Assembly: GCA_965205865.1 (NCBI GenBank)
Contig: CBDBHR010000028.1
Coordinates: forward strand, 128,001-192,000
Direction of reading: 5' to 3'
Source: a bacterium
GTDB lineage: Bacteria > SAR324 > NAC60-12
DNA length: 64,000 bases
The notes beneath the pieces are model-generated. The model saw only the letters and a program-made list of their open reading frames with translations, searched no databases and had not been told where the DNA came from. A program made the translations under genes and the position numbers. This document shows, in pieces, positions 53,569-63,775 of the stretch (its first letter is position 1; each line of letters begins with the position of its first letter).

Positions 53569-55413
53569 ATGTCTCACAAAAGCACTATCGAGTGGACCAA
53601 CAGCACCTGGAACCCGGTCACCGGTTGTACGAAGATCAGCGCCGGTTGCGACCACTGCTATGCCGAGCGCTTTTCCGAACGCTTTCGTGATGTCGAGGGA
53701 CACCCTTTTGAGGCTGGCTTTGACCTGACGCTTCGTCCCGAACGACTCGAGCACCCGACGCGCTGGCGGCGTTCACAATTCATCTTCGTCAATTCGATGA
53801 GTGATCTGTTCCACAAAAAAATTCCTATCGAGTACATCCATCGCGTATTCGACACGATGGAGCGCGCGGACAGGCACGTTTATCAGGTCCTCAGCAAGCG
53901 CAGTTCGCTGATGCGCCGTTTCATCCGCCAGCGCTATCAAAGCCGACCCGTCCCTTCACATATCTGGCTTGGCGTTTCCATTGAAAACGTTGCGGCCTTG
54001 ACGCGCCTCCAGCACCTGAAGCAAACCAACGCCTCTGTGCGCTTCGTTTCGTTCGAGCCGTTGCTCGGGCCATTCGATGCAGTGGACTTGGAGAGCATCA
54101 ATTGGGTGATCGTTGGAGGTGAAAGCGGGCCGGGAGCGCGGCCGGTTCAAGCAGAGTGGATACGTACATTGCGTGACCAGTGTCAGACGCAGAACGTCGC
54201 TTTCTTCTTTAAACAGTGGGGTGGGCGTACACCCAAAGCCGGCGGCAATCTCCTGGATGGACGCCAATGGCTGGAATACCCGGAGTTGGGACTCAACCCA
54301 GCACCTAACGTGCCACTGCAAGCAGTCGGTGTGCCAACCAATGATGCAAAAAGTCCGCTGGACGTTGGTCCCTGGGCACGTGAGAAACTGGAATGTCTTC
54401 GCAAATATCTACAAGCCTATACTACGATTCTTAGTAAACTACGGTTTAAGGGATACTTCTACATTGATGCTTTTGCAGGTCCGGGAACACTTAAAGTCCG
54501 CCAACAACAAACAAACGATTCCGCTCAACAATTGTTACTTGAAGATCTCAACGATGTTTGGCAAGATGCTAATGAAGCTGATGAGTACATCAGCGGATCT
54601 CCACGTGTCGCTCTAGAATTGGAAAAAGCGATGCAAGACAACGCCATGCTTGGAAAATTTATTCAAAAGCAACGAATCCAGCGCAATATAACGCAAGAAT
54701 ACCTTGCGTCGAAGTTGGGTATGTCGCGCCCCACCTATGTACACATCGAGCGAGGCGAGCGGGAACTGACAGTCATCGAGGCCAAAATACTTGCGGAGGT
54801 TTTTCATACATCCCTTGAGGATTTCCTGGCTTGTCGCGAGTCAACGTATGTCGTGACACTCACAAAACAGCCTGCACGGAAAACCGGAGACCTCCGGATT
54901 CGCGTTACGGAAAAGAATCTTGAAATATTCAAGCAGGTTCTTCTTTACATCCTGAATAAAGTCGGCGGCAAACCGAACGTGGGTGAGACCGTGCTGCATA
55001 AACTGCTTTATTTCATCGATTTTGATTATTACGAAAAATTCGAGGAAAACCTGATGGGTTTGACTTATATCAAAAACCATCACGGTCCCACGTCGGTTGA
55101 ATTGGGTTCGATTCTCCAGGATTTGCAGAAACAGGGAGAAATCGAGGCAGTAAAAAGTAAATATTTTCAATTTGATCACAAGAAGTACCTCCTACTCAAA
55201 CGTCTAAATCTCGAGGGACTTTCCGCACGCGATATTGAACATATTGATGACGTGTTAGCCCGTCTATCGGATAAAAACGCGAAAGAGATTGCAAACTATT
55301 CCCACGAGGATATTCCCTGGAAATCCGCGCAAGTGGGCGAATCGCTTTCTTATGAGAGCGTCTTTTATCGTGATGAGCGATACTCCGTAAGAAACTACGA
55401 CGATGAACTTTGA
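53569..55413 (+). CDS. Fusion ORF: DUF5131 (Gp37/Gp68) + truncated TcmP + XRE HTH + DUF4065 (SocA/Panacea) antitoxin
   Basis: WNPVTGCTKISAGCDHCYA..NSMSDLFH..GGESG..FKQWGG; W..EKL..YL..YIDAFAGPG..GSPRVAL; TQEYLA..LGMSR..IERG; LHKLLYFIDF..HGP..SHED.PW. Confidence 0.75.
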   Translation: MSHKSTIEWTNSTWNPVTGCTKISAGCDHCYAERFSERFRDVEGHPFEAGFDLTLRPERLEHPTRWRRSQFIFVNSMSDLFHKKIPIEYIHRVFDTMERADRHVYQVLSKRSSLMRRFIRQRYQSRPVPSHIWLGVSIENVAALTRLQHLKQTNASVRFVSFEPLLGPFDAVDLESINWVIVGGESGPGARPVQAEWIRTLRDQCQTQNVAFFFKQWGGRTPKAGGNLLDGRQWLEYPELGLNPAPNVPLQAVGVPTNDAKSPLDVGPWAREKLECLRKYLQAYTTILSKLRFKGYFYIDAFAGPGTLKVRQQQTNDSAQQLLLEDLNDVWQDANEADEYISGSPRVALELEKAMQDNAMLGKFIQKQRIQRNITQEYLASKLGMSRPTYVHIERGERELTVIEAKILAEVFHTSLEDFLACRESTYVVTLTKQPARKTGDLRIRVTEKNLEIFKQVLLYILNKVGGKPNVGETVLHKLLYFIDFDYYEKFEENLMGLTYIKNHHGPTSVELGSILQDLQKQGEIEAVKSKYFQFDHKKYLLLKRLNLEGLSARDIEHIDDVLARLSDKNAKEIANYSHEDIPWKSAQVGESLSYESVFYRDERYSVRNYDDEL

Positions 55414-55741
55414 AGAATTAGCGGAATTTCAAAATGAACGGAAGCTCCTTGCCAGGAAATACCGGTCCCTTCCCGAAGACCTGCTGGAGTTTCAATATGT
55501 AGTTTCCGTTGTCCCGCTGGGAAACAGAAAACATTTCAAAGTCATCGCTCAAAACAATAATACACCTATAATAAAAACCCGTTTGTTTTGCCGGTATTTG
55601 AAGGAGTCGTCTCTTCGTATTATCTACTCGTATTTCGAGCAAGAACAACTCGTCGTATTCATTGAGATTTATCACAAAGAAAAGAAAGAAAACGAAGATC
55701 TTAAACGAGTGAGAGCGTATTTGACCCGGTATCAAAGTTGA
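55403..55741 (+). CDS. RelE/ParE-like toxin
   Basis: Overlaps the antitoxin stop; F..E.K.L..KY.SL..DL, K.R, LRIIY, IEIYHK. Confidence 0.7.
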   Translation: MNFEELAEFQNERKLLARKYRSLPEDLLEFQYVVSVVPLGNRKHFKVIAQNNNTPIIKTRLFCRYLKESSLRIIYSYFEQEQLVVFIEIYHKEKKENEDLKRVRAYLTRYQS

Positions 55742-55839
55742 GCCCCACCCACATTTTGCCAGGCAGTCTCAAATCATTGCGGGAAATTGATTATTTACAC
55801 GAATTATATGAAGTTTCGATCAATAGGGAGGGAAGAATT

Positions 55840-56037
55840 ATGCCAGAAAGCGTTGAAATAAAAAAAGTCTCGGTTGATTACCTGAAGACATTGGAAGAGG
55901 TTCAAAAGCAGTACCAGCAATACGTGGAAGTCAGCGAGCTTTATAAGTTGCCGATTCATAAGAAGGAGGAAGCAGTACGATATCAGCCTCCCAGCCCGGA
56001 GCATCCCCTGACGACGAATAGAATTCGCATCAAGTAA
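55840..56037 (+). CDS. Hypothetical small protein
   Basis: ATG after GGGAGGGAAG; 65 codons. Confidence 0.45.
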   Translation: MPESVEIKKVSVDYLKTLEEVQKQYQQYVEVSELYKLPIHKKEEAVRYQPPSPEHPLTTNRIRIK

Positions 56038-56161
56038 AAAAGGGGGACTTCCTTATAATTCATCTCTTGTGTTGAAGGGAATATTTGGATTAAACAACAA
56101 CCACAAATTCCAATTCTGTCATCCTTACTCATCTCTTGACCACCGTGTTCCAAAAGGAAAA

Positions 56162-56323
56162 CTAAACGCCAAAAGTAGATTCGACTTCCTCGCGATACAG
56201 GGCGATCAGACTGTCCTCGGGAACCCCACCTAGAATCAACCACTGAAATAATTCATCAACAATTTCAAGCGCACCATCGCTGAGTTTATGCTCAGAAAAT
56301 TTGTATGAATCTTCAGAAAACAT
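56162..56323 (-). CDS. Short ORF coupled to the SocA-like gene (possible truncated partner)
   Basis: ATG at 56323 overlaps the upstream gene end, RBS AAGGTGAGG; 53 aa. Confidence 0.35.
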   Translation of the reverse strand: MFSEDSYKFSEHKLSDGALEIVDELFQWLILGGVPEDSLIALYREEVESTFGV

Positions 56324-58104
56324 CCTCACCTTTCCTGGTAGCAGATTTCCAAACTTCGTCGGAAAACTCGACCGTGTACTCACCTTCTGCAAACTGTGGC
56401 CCGGCGAGACTGTCGAGCCAGGCAATACCCTCATGATAAACGTCGTCATAGCGGGGGTTTTTTACCGGTTTTATCAGTTTGCTGTCTTCTTTCCTTTTAT
56501 TTTTATGCCTCACCCGCAGTGCACGCATTCGTTCTTTGAACTGCTTCTTTTTCCTGTTAGACAAGCTATCCATCCTTAATGGAATTGCAGCAGGATTATT
56601 AGCTGAAACATTACCGGTGACCGTGAAATCCAAATATTCACCGGGAGCGGCATTTAACATCGGTTTCGTATTATAAACGTAGTAAAGCAGACTTTGCGTA
56701 TCTTTTGCGAAGTTAAGTACGTTTCGTCTCAAATGAAACGTGATAGTACCTGGAAGCTGCCGTTCCCTTTCTTGTAGTAAGTGTTCATCCTGCAGAGACC
56801 AACGGATTTGTTCCTGGTTTTCCTCATAGTTAGTGCTTGGCCGAAAAATACTCAAATTGCTGATATTAAATGACAATTCTTCAATTTCACAGGATGAAGA
56901 TTGGTTTGATGCAGTGTTCAGATGGCCAAAATCAGCAATAAATGGGATTTTTATGAGTTTCTCCAAAATCTTCGTTTCTTAAAAACAGGTGAATACCATT
57001 TAATATCATGTAAAGTCTTTCATTAATTATATCAAGATGATAAACTGATATTTGTGACGCGAAGATTTGAAAAAACCCGAGTGCGCACCACCTCGCATGA
57101 AGGGTCAATCGTTGCAGTTACAGTATCTTCGGACTGGTTTCTTTCGTTTTTCCGTAAATCTTCAAGATTTGAAATTTTATGCGCACCATACGTGACCCCC
57201 AGATGAAGTTCGGCGAAGTCGACATTGCCGCCATCGAGTTGGATCTAAAATCCCGTGATGACATCCCCCCTATCCTTCGCGGTTTGCAATACATATACGC
57301 CACGCCAGCATTACGCGCATCGGTATTCAAGGTTCTGGAACGGGTCATCCCCTCGCGAAGCGGCCCGGGCCTGAGCAACGAAGACAGGCATCGCAAAGCG
57401 GACCCCCGTCTTGGGCGTCCCGGGATGGAGCAGTGGAAGATTCTGGTGCTTGGCGTACTGCGCCTGGGTCTCAACAGCGATTACGACCGCATCCATGAGT
57501 TGGCTAACCATCACGACACCATCCGGCAGATGCTCGGACATGGTGGGTGGGAGGATAAAACGACATACAACCGGCAGACGATCAAGGATAACCTGCGTCT
57601 CTTCACACCTGAGATTCTCGATGAGATCAATCAGTTGGTTATCAAAGTCGGACATGGGCTGGTAAAAAAAAACGCCCCAAAAGATGGGCCAACCCGAATT
57701 CGCACGGAGAAGAAGATTGAACTTCATGATTCAAGCAAGGCGCTACGTGCACGCTGCGACTCCTTTGTGGTTGAAACCAATGTACATTATCCGACCGACA
57801 TCAACCTGCTCTTCGACGCCGTACGTAAGACGGTTGAAGAATGCGCCAGACTTTCACAGAGTTGCCAGTTGGAGGGCTGGCGACAATATCGGAACAACCT
57901 CAGGAAGTTCAAAAAGCAGTATCGTCTCATCCAAAAGCTCAGGCTCTCCACTTCGAAAGTTGAGCAAATAAAGCGTGCCCGTGAAGAAAAGAGGCGCAAG
58001 GAATATCTCAAATACGTCCTCATGGCCAATGGGTATCAACTGCGAGTCCGGACAAGCCTGGAACTTTTGGAAAAACGGGTGCGCTCCTCCAAACTGCTAC
58101 GCTT

Positions 58105-59841
58105 CAGGCTGTTGCAGATTTTTTTGCCTGCATAACGGGTCATACAATCAGTGAGAACGGGGTATGATCCCAATTCTCATCATAATGATGAAATGGTTTT
58201 TGATCTTTAAAATTGTTAGAATCATATAAACCTTTGCGTATGAAGCGTAGAGAAAGCGAATCAATCGAATCACCTCAAGGAGGCGATAGAGAATATTGAG
58301 GTTGTGAGCAATGGCCATGAGCATAAATTCGCCTTTGACTTGTCTCTGCCCTCGAAATCGAAATGAGGTAAAACCGAGATTGGCCTTCAAGTTGCCGAAG
58401 ACCGGTTCGACGGTACTCATGCGCGTTTTGAGTCGTTGTTTGGCTTCTGGGGTTTGCAATTTATTGCGCATGGCTTCGGCGTAGGGCTCGCGCTCTTGGC
58501 GATGGATCTGTTTGAGTCGCGAGCGATTCTTCGGGGGCAGACACCGCTGAGCGAGGGGACAATCTTCACAGGATGGGGCCTGATAGGTGCTCCCTTGGGC
58601 CTGGCCCCGCTTGAAGTTACGCTGAAAGGAGAGCTGTTGCCCATTGGGACACTGATAGACATCATTTTTTGCATCGAAGAAAAAATCAGAACGTTCGAGC
58701 TTTCGATCGTTTTGCAGTAATTCTTCCAGGGGGGTCGGCTGGAGAGGGTTGGCTCTATTTTGCGGTTGCGGGTCGGCAATGACGGCATCAATCTGATGCT
58801 GCTCGATATAGTTGAGTTGCTCAAAACTATGATAACCGGCATCCATATTATAACGACGTTGCCGATCTTCGGGAAGGTGGGTTTCTGCCTGTTGATGCAT
58901 CGGCGCAAATTGTTGGGTATCGTTGGCTTCGCAGACCACCTCAGCGGCCACAATCAGATGAGTGGCACGATCGACGGCTGCCTGCACATTATAACCGGGT
59001 GTGTTAATCGAGGGCATCATGCGTGCGTCGGCATCGGTCAGATTGATCTTATGGCCATTCCGATGTTCGGGTTTGAGGGTTTGCTGACGCGCTTGAAGAT
59101 CTTGCTGAGATTGGAGAATCGTTGCTTCGAATTGCTCAAGACGGGCTTTTTCGCCACGAAGGGCGGCTAAGTCTTCTTCATCGCCTTGATGATCTTCAGA
59201 CTCGCAATTTAGAGGGGAGGCGATCGATTGACGCGTTTTTTCTAAAAGACGTTCTAATTGTTCTGCATTTTTCGAGCGTTTCTTACTGGCAGAGGTTTTC
59301 AGCTTCGAACCGTCAAGGTTTATTTCAGCGAAACCGGAGACCTGCTGATCAATGGCCATTTGAATCAATTGCTCAAAATAGAAGGGCAGGCGTTGCAAAT
59401 GACGACGACGGAACCGGCTCAAGGCACAGTGGTCGGGGGTCAGATGCGCTGAAACATAGATATAACAAAGATCGCGTTTACAAAGTTTCTCCAAAACACG
59501 ACTACTCTCAATGCCTTCACTGTAGGCATAAAACCAGGTCGCTAACAGAATCGCCGGATCATAGGCATCCCCCCCTTGCGATTTGTAGGAGCCATAAAGC
59601 GAGGATAAATCCAAGCGGGAAACGAAATCTACCACAAAACGGCATTTATCGTTATCCGGGATCAAGTGGTTCAAATCGGTGGTGGATAATTGGAGGGTGG
59701 AACGATCATTACTCAGAAAACCCATAATAGAAATCCATTTTTACTATGGTTATATGAAAAGTGGACTCAAACCAGATACTAGACTATGAAAAGTGTAGCA
59801 AAATCCACCTGGAAAAAGCAAATAAAATCTGCAACAGCCTG
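58105..59841 (-). mobile_element. IS1182-family insertion sequence
   Basis: 18-bp perfect IR CAGGCTGTTGCAGATTTT; TSD GCTT at 58101-58104 and 59842-59845. Confidence 0.92.
58148..59725 (-). CDS. IS1182-family DDE transposase
   Basis: YDP..L...YAY..GI.SSR (DUF772), LDGSK, TDADAR, GYNVQ, DAGY, Zn-ribbon, VEPVFGNLK. Confidence 0.92.
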   Translation of the reverse strand: MGFLSNDRSTLQLSTTDLNHLIPDNDKCRFVVDFVSRLDLSSLYGSYKSQGGDAYDPAILLATWFYAYSEGIESSRVLEKLCKRDLCYIYVSAHLTPDHCALSRFRRRHLQRLPFYFEQLIQMAIDQQVSGFAEINLDGSKLKTSASKKRSKNAEQLERLLEKTRQSIASPLNCESEDHQGDEEDLAALRGEKARLEQFEATILQSQQDLQARQQTLKPEHRNGHKINLTDADARMMPSINTPGYNVQAAVDRATHLIVAAEVVCEANDTQQFAPMHQQAETHLPEDRQRRYNMDAGYHSFEQLNYIEQHQIDAVIADPQPQNRANPLQPTPLEELLQNDRKLERSDFFFDAKNDVYQCPNGQQLSFQRNFKRGQAQGSTYQAPSCEDCPLAQRCLPPKNRSRLKQIHRQEREPYAEAMRNKLQTPEAKQRLKTRMSTVEPVFGNLKANLGFTSFRFRGQRQVKGEFMLMAIAHNLNILYRLLEVIRLIRFLYASYAKVYMILTILKIKNHFIIMMRIGIIPRSH

Positions 59842-61302
59842 GCTTGCGGGAGTACATGGGCTATGCAAAAAAACTCATGAGCCAAATCATCCGCAGGGTG
59901 TGCTGCGACGAAACCATCCCTCATCATGAAAAAATCTTCTCCATCTTCGAGCCCCACACCGAGTGGATCAGCAAGGGCAAGGCGGGAGTGCCGGTGGAAC
60001 TCGGACTCAGGGTCAACCTCATTGAGGACCAGCATCAATTCATCCTTCACCATCAGGTGATGCGCAGGCAGACCGATGAGAAGGTGGCCGTGGAAATCGT
60101 CGAAGAAACCAAAAAACGCTTCCCCGAGCTTGCGGTCGTGAGTTGGGACAAGGGCGCTCACAGCCCACAGAATCAGCGTGAACTCAAAGCACTGCTGGAT
60201 CTTGTCGTGCTTCCCAAAAAAGGCAAGTTGAGCAAAGCAGACCGGCAGAGAGAAAATTCCCGGGAATTCAAACTCCTGCGCCGCCAACACTCTGCGGTCG
60301 AATCCGCTATCAACGCTCTGGAAGTGCACGGACTCGACCGATGTCCGGATCATGGAATCAAGGGGTTCGAACGCTATGTCGCTCTGGCTGTGCTTGCAAA
60401 AAACATCCACCGTCTCGGCACCGTCCTGCGTGAACAACAAAAAGAACGGAAGCGTCGTAAACGAGGACCCTACAAAAAAGCGGCCTGAACCCAAAAGTGA
60501 CTCCCCATTCTGAAACAAGAGGGGAGGCCGGGAGGGGGGGGCGAGTGTCCAAAAATAGGGAGGGTAACAAAAAATTAGGGATCCCAAAGAAAAATAGCTT
60601 CAATTCTCTAAAATATGGCTTGTTCAAAAACAAATGTTCTCGCGGATTCTACACTTCCTATTAGTAAAATTGTATTTTTCTGTCAGGCACTAGTTACTCG
60701 GAAATGACTTTATGTCTGCGCCAATTGCGCTGAGCGCTGGCTCGATACGTTCATTAACCGATTGGGACCAAGGGCCAAATTTGTAAAACTGCCAATTTAT
60801 ACCCGTATAGGTGGCGCCTTCATTTTTTTCCGCATGATACAGATCAGCCAGATATACATACTTGAGAAGATGAATTGGTCCAAGCTGTCGGTCAAACTTT
60901 TCATCTTGCTCCCCGGCGACCAGCAATGCGTACTGTAGCACTAAATCAATACGGGAAGAGTCTGTCGAAATCATTTTATTTAAAACGGATCGAAAGCAGG
61001 TCTGTGTAGCTTATCAAGCTCGTAATCATCTACTATTTTTCAGAATACTGGCTGGTATGCCAATCGTCTGTCTAGCTCCAGGATATATATGTTCCATTCC
61101 GTCTTTGCAAGAATTGAATTCAATCTGGAAGAGAGGAGGAATCGTGAGGTTTTTAATGCCATGAAACTCCTTGATTACTAAATCCGGAAGACGAAGGTCT
61201 TAATTGGATGGTGTTGCAAGCACAAGATAGATTGGTATCTTCGTCACGTACTGTTGCATGAATAGAATAAAATATTTGGGGAGTAATCTTTATAACCGAG
61301 TT

Positions 61303-61728
61303 TTAAATAGGGTATTGCCGTACTCTTCCACTTCGATCAATCGCCCCCACAAAAGGCGCCTTGTTTTCCGCAACGAATCGAGAAATTTTTTCTCTTCCTT
61401 TTATCAATAATTCGGCAATATCCGGTCCTGTACTGTCTTTTGCCCGAATTACAATGACCCGAGCACGATGTCTTTTGATCATCTCGAGCTGCACCGAACG
61501 AAAACGAATATTTTTGTCTTTTGTGAGAGCGGTCCAGCCTCTCTTACCAACAAGGGCGATCCAGTCCTCATCCGGCGCATCCATCGGCAAGTGATCATCA
61601 TGAATTTCAACCTTTATCCCCGTTGCTCGAAGCTTCTCAGAAACAATTTTCCTTCCCAAATTGCGATCCAAAAAGAGAACCAACTCTTCAAGCTGCTGTG
61701 CGGAGTTCACACCTGATCGCTTCTTCAA
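61303..61728 (-). CDS. VapC45-like PIN toxin
   Basis: FLDRNLG, PDEDWI, LTKDKNIR. Confidence 0.8.
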   Translation of the reverse strand: MKKRSGVNSAQQLEELVLFLDRNLGRKIVSEKLRATGIKVEIHDDHLPMDAPDEDWIALVGKRGWTALTKDKNIRFRSVQLEMIKRHRARVIVIRAKDSTGPDIAELLIKGREKISRFVAENKAPFVGAIDRSGRVRQYPI

Positions 61729-62383
61729 TTGTATCTTCCTTCAGCTGATAATCTTGCGCCAATTCACGAATACACTCTCCCGCTTTGTAGCGTTCAGCAA
61801 TAAATTCAGTAGCCAAGCCAGTACCGGCAATCACGGGTCTACCAGCCGATAATTGAGGGTCAATGACAATCTTTGCGGGGGCGTCTTCCATATCGTTACG
61901 AGTAAACGGATAGAGTTTGACAGGAATCCCACTGGTATCCCTTTCTATGCGATGCAAAGCCTCAGAAATCACCTCTTGTATGACGAGTTGACCGTTTTGA
62001 GAAATATTGATCAATTGCCCGTATTTCTTGATGAACAAGTGTACCCCATCTGTCTCAAACTGATTGCTCAGCAAAGGGTGCCGTCTCTCCCAATCATTTT
62101 GAGTACTCCTCATTAAATACTCGAGGGCTGTCCGTACCTTGGGCATCTTCACGACATATTTACGTCGGATAGCAGCAAGGATGTGCAGCTCGGCAAGATT
62201 GAGAAACGAAAGTTGTGGCGGCGAGTGTTCAGGAACCACAATGAGGGGTTTATAATTCCCTCGACCTACGGACCAATAGCGAATGGTCGCTTTCGGCACT
62301 ATGAGATAGTGTGCCGCCTCTTGAATCGTATAGGCTGGTTTCTCCCGTGGATCTCGCTTTAGACGGGTATATATTTTGTTCAT
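61688..62383 (-). CDS. VapB45-like antitoxin (HTH + DUF433)
   Basis: YT..EAA.YL.VP..TI..W, LSF.NL.E, IDP...GRP.I.GT, GE.I.ELA.DY. Confidence 0.82.
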   Translation of the reverse strand: MNKIYTRLKRDPREKPAYTIQEAAHYLIVPKATIRYWSVGRGNYKPLIVVPEHSPPQLSFLNLAELHILAAIRRKYVVKMPKVRTALEYLMRSTQNDWERRHPLLSNQFETDGVHLFIKKYGQLINISQNGQLVIQEVISEALHRIERDTSGIPVKLYPFTRNDMEDAPAKIVIDPQLSAGRPVIAGTGLATEFIAERYKAGECIRELAQDYQLKEDTIEEAIRCELRTAA

Positions 62384-62703
62384 ACCTTCTCCTACCAAAA
62401 TATGGATCACTTATTTTTTGGAAGACATGTCAAGTGTAATGGTTTATCAGGTTGTACCCTTGGGTGTCATGTCGACCATAGGGAAAGATCTTCAAGATTC
62501 CTTAAATTCGTTTGGAATGCCACTCCTTTGAATGGGATACAAGCTATCTTACCATACAGGCTATGATGAAACTCGCGTTAAAAAATTTTACGTAATTCTT
62601 AAACAGGTTTTTAAACTACTATTTTAAATCGTCCCAATAGTTCCACAAAGTCGATACATTCAACATACTCTTGCTGACAAATCAAGGGGATTTTATAATT
62701 TGA

Positions 62704-62975
62704 CCTAAATCCTGCAATTAGATGACAATCAAACATGGAAATGGTAATATACTCAAATAGTTAACAGCAGAATCAACATTTTAAGAGATCACCATTTCCA
62801 TGAAAAACAAAGGTAGCGCAAGATCGGCAAGAACGACAGCAAAAAACATCCATATCAGCCAGGGAGGTAGAGACCCGACCGCGCAAGCAGGCTTGATTCC
62901 GGTTGTCAAATTTTTAAAAAACCTCTCAAAGAGTGGGGGGAAACTCAATCAAAATATTCAATTGCAGGATTTAGG
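62704..62975 (+). mobile_element. Internally deleted IS1380-like mini-element
   Basis: 16-bp perfect IR CCTAAATCCTGCAATT / AATTGCAGGATTTAGG enclosing a transposase start (TAQAGLIPVVKFL). Confidence 0.7.
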
Positions 62976-63099
62976 TAGTATAGCAGACTTTGCGAATCCT
63001 TTCCGAAGTTAAGTACGATTCGTCTCTCAGATGAAATGTGATAGCAGGTGGAAGCTGCTGTTCTTTTTCCAGGCAATAAATGCTCATCCTTCGGAGACA
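62976..63099 (-). pseudogene. Remnant paralog of the SocA-like gene 3' part
   Basis: Aligns by eye to 56680-56800 (GCAGACTTTGCG, CGAAGTTAAGTACG, TGGAAGCTGC) with a 2-bp insertion. Confidence 0.75.
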
Positions 63100-63143
63100 A
63101 GGAGATGCAAGCGGTATTGCGCAATCAAGTTGATCCGTGGACT

Positions 63144-63773
63144 CTATTTAAACAATTCCGTAAGCCAGACAACGAATTTCTGGCTGAGATTTCCATCAAT
63201 TTTCAGGTCTCCGGCACGAATGGCCAAACCCATCTTTCTGGGATCCTTTCTGGTTGCCAGCCAAGCATGAAGCTGCGCTCTCAACTTCTTTTTCTCCGAG
63301 AACTTTCTATCTGCTTGCGGAATCTTTTCTATGTAGCGCTGGGACAATGACCACACTTGATCTTCGTCGGGAATCATTCGTACAACGAAATCTTCGAGTT
63401 CTCCGGCCAATCTATTGTCTGGCATTAACCAGATTCCGATACGGGGCTGAACTTCTATGATGGTCCCGTCTGGATTCGGCAACCCGGGTGGTTGGATATT
63501 CACGCTTCGAAGTCGGTTTGTTAACTCCTGCCATCGTGCTTCCATATCGTCGTTAGCGTCCACGAGAATACCAACGACCTGACGCCCCGAAACCTTGATT
63601 TCAGGACCAATGGACTCAAGTAGGTTTGGAAGACCATCTTTGTCCGAAATGCAAAAGTCAGGCATCGCCTGGCGATGCTGATGACGCATATAAAGTTGCA
63701 GGACGACATGTTTGTCGTCCTGCCCTTCAACTAAAAGAATACGGGGCGATTCCGAGGCAATTGGACGAGTCAT
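63144..63773 (-). CDS. DUF3226 TOPRIM-like protein
   Basis: LLVEGQDD, VDAND, WLMPDN..GELEDF, K.....WLA. Confidence 0.8.
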   Translation of the reverse strand: MTRPIASESPRILLVEGQDDKHVVLQLYMRHQHRQAMPDFCISDKDGLPNLLESIGPEIKVSGRQVVGILVDANDDMEARWQELTNRLRSVNIQPPGLPNPDGTIIEVQPRIGIWLMPDNRLAGELEDFVVRMIPDEDQVWSLSQRYIEKIPQADRKFSEKKKLRAQLHAWLATRKDPRKMGLAIRAGDLKIDGNLSQKFVVWLTELFK

Positions 63774-63775
63774 AA

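Larger units (their letters stand above)
56833..60690 (+). mobile_element. ISNCY-type insertion sequence; transposase 57179-58104 + 59846-60488 interrupted
   Basis: IRs GTGCTTGGCCGAAAAATAC / GTATTTTTCTGTCAGGCAC (16/19), TSD TAGTTA at 56827-56832 and 60691-60696; KSRDDIP, CDSFVVET, SIFEPHT, DKG, HSAVES motifs. Confidence 0.9.
56313..60974 (-). pseudogene. SocA/DUF4065-like gene interrupted by ISNCY (5' part 60974-60691, 3' part 56826-56313)
   Basis: LLKYVYLADL..WQFYKFGPWS; removing the IS and one TAGTTA restores ..SFPSNYEENQ.. in frame (about 266 aa). Confidence 0.85.

Noticed and set aside
56833-56966. N-terminus of the 217-aa ORF 56313..56966
   Set aside because: The first ~44 codons are read from the IS end; the true 5' part is at 60691-60974
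36222-62612. AACCTGTTT-like words at about 36226 and (inverted) 62601, plus GTCTGTTTAAAA at about 50841, as island or IS ends
   Set aside because: Only about 9 bp identity, no TSD, and the island continues beyond 62612
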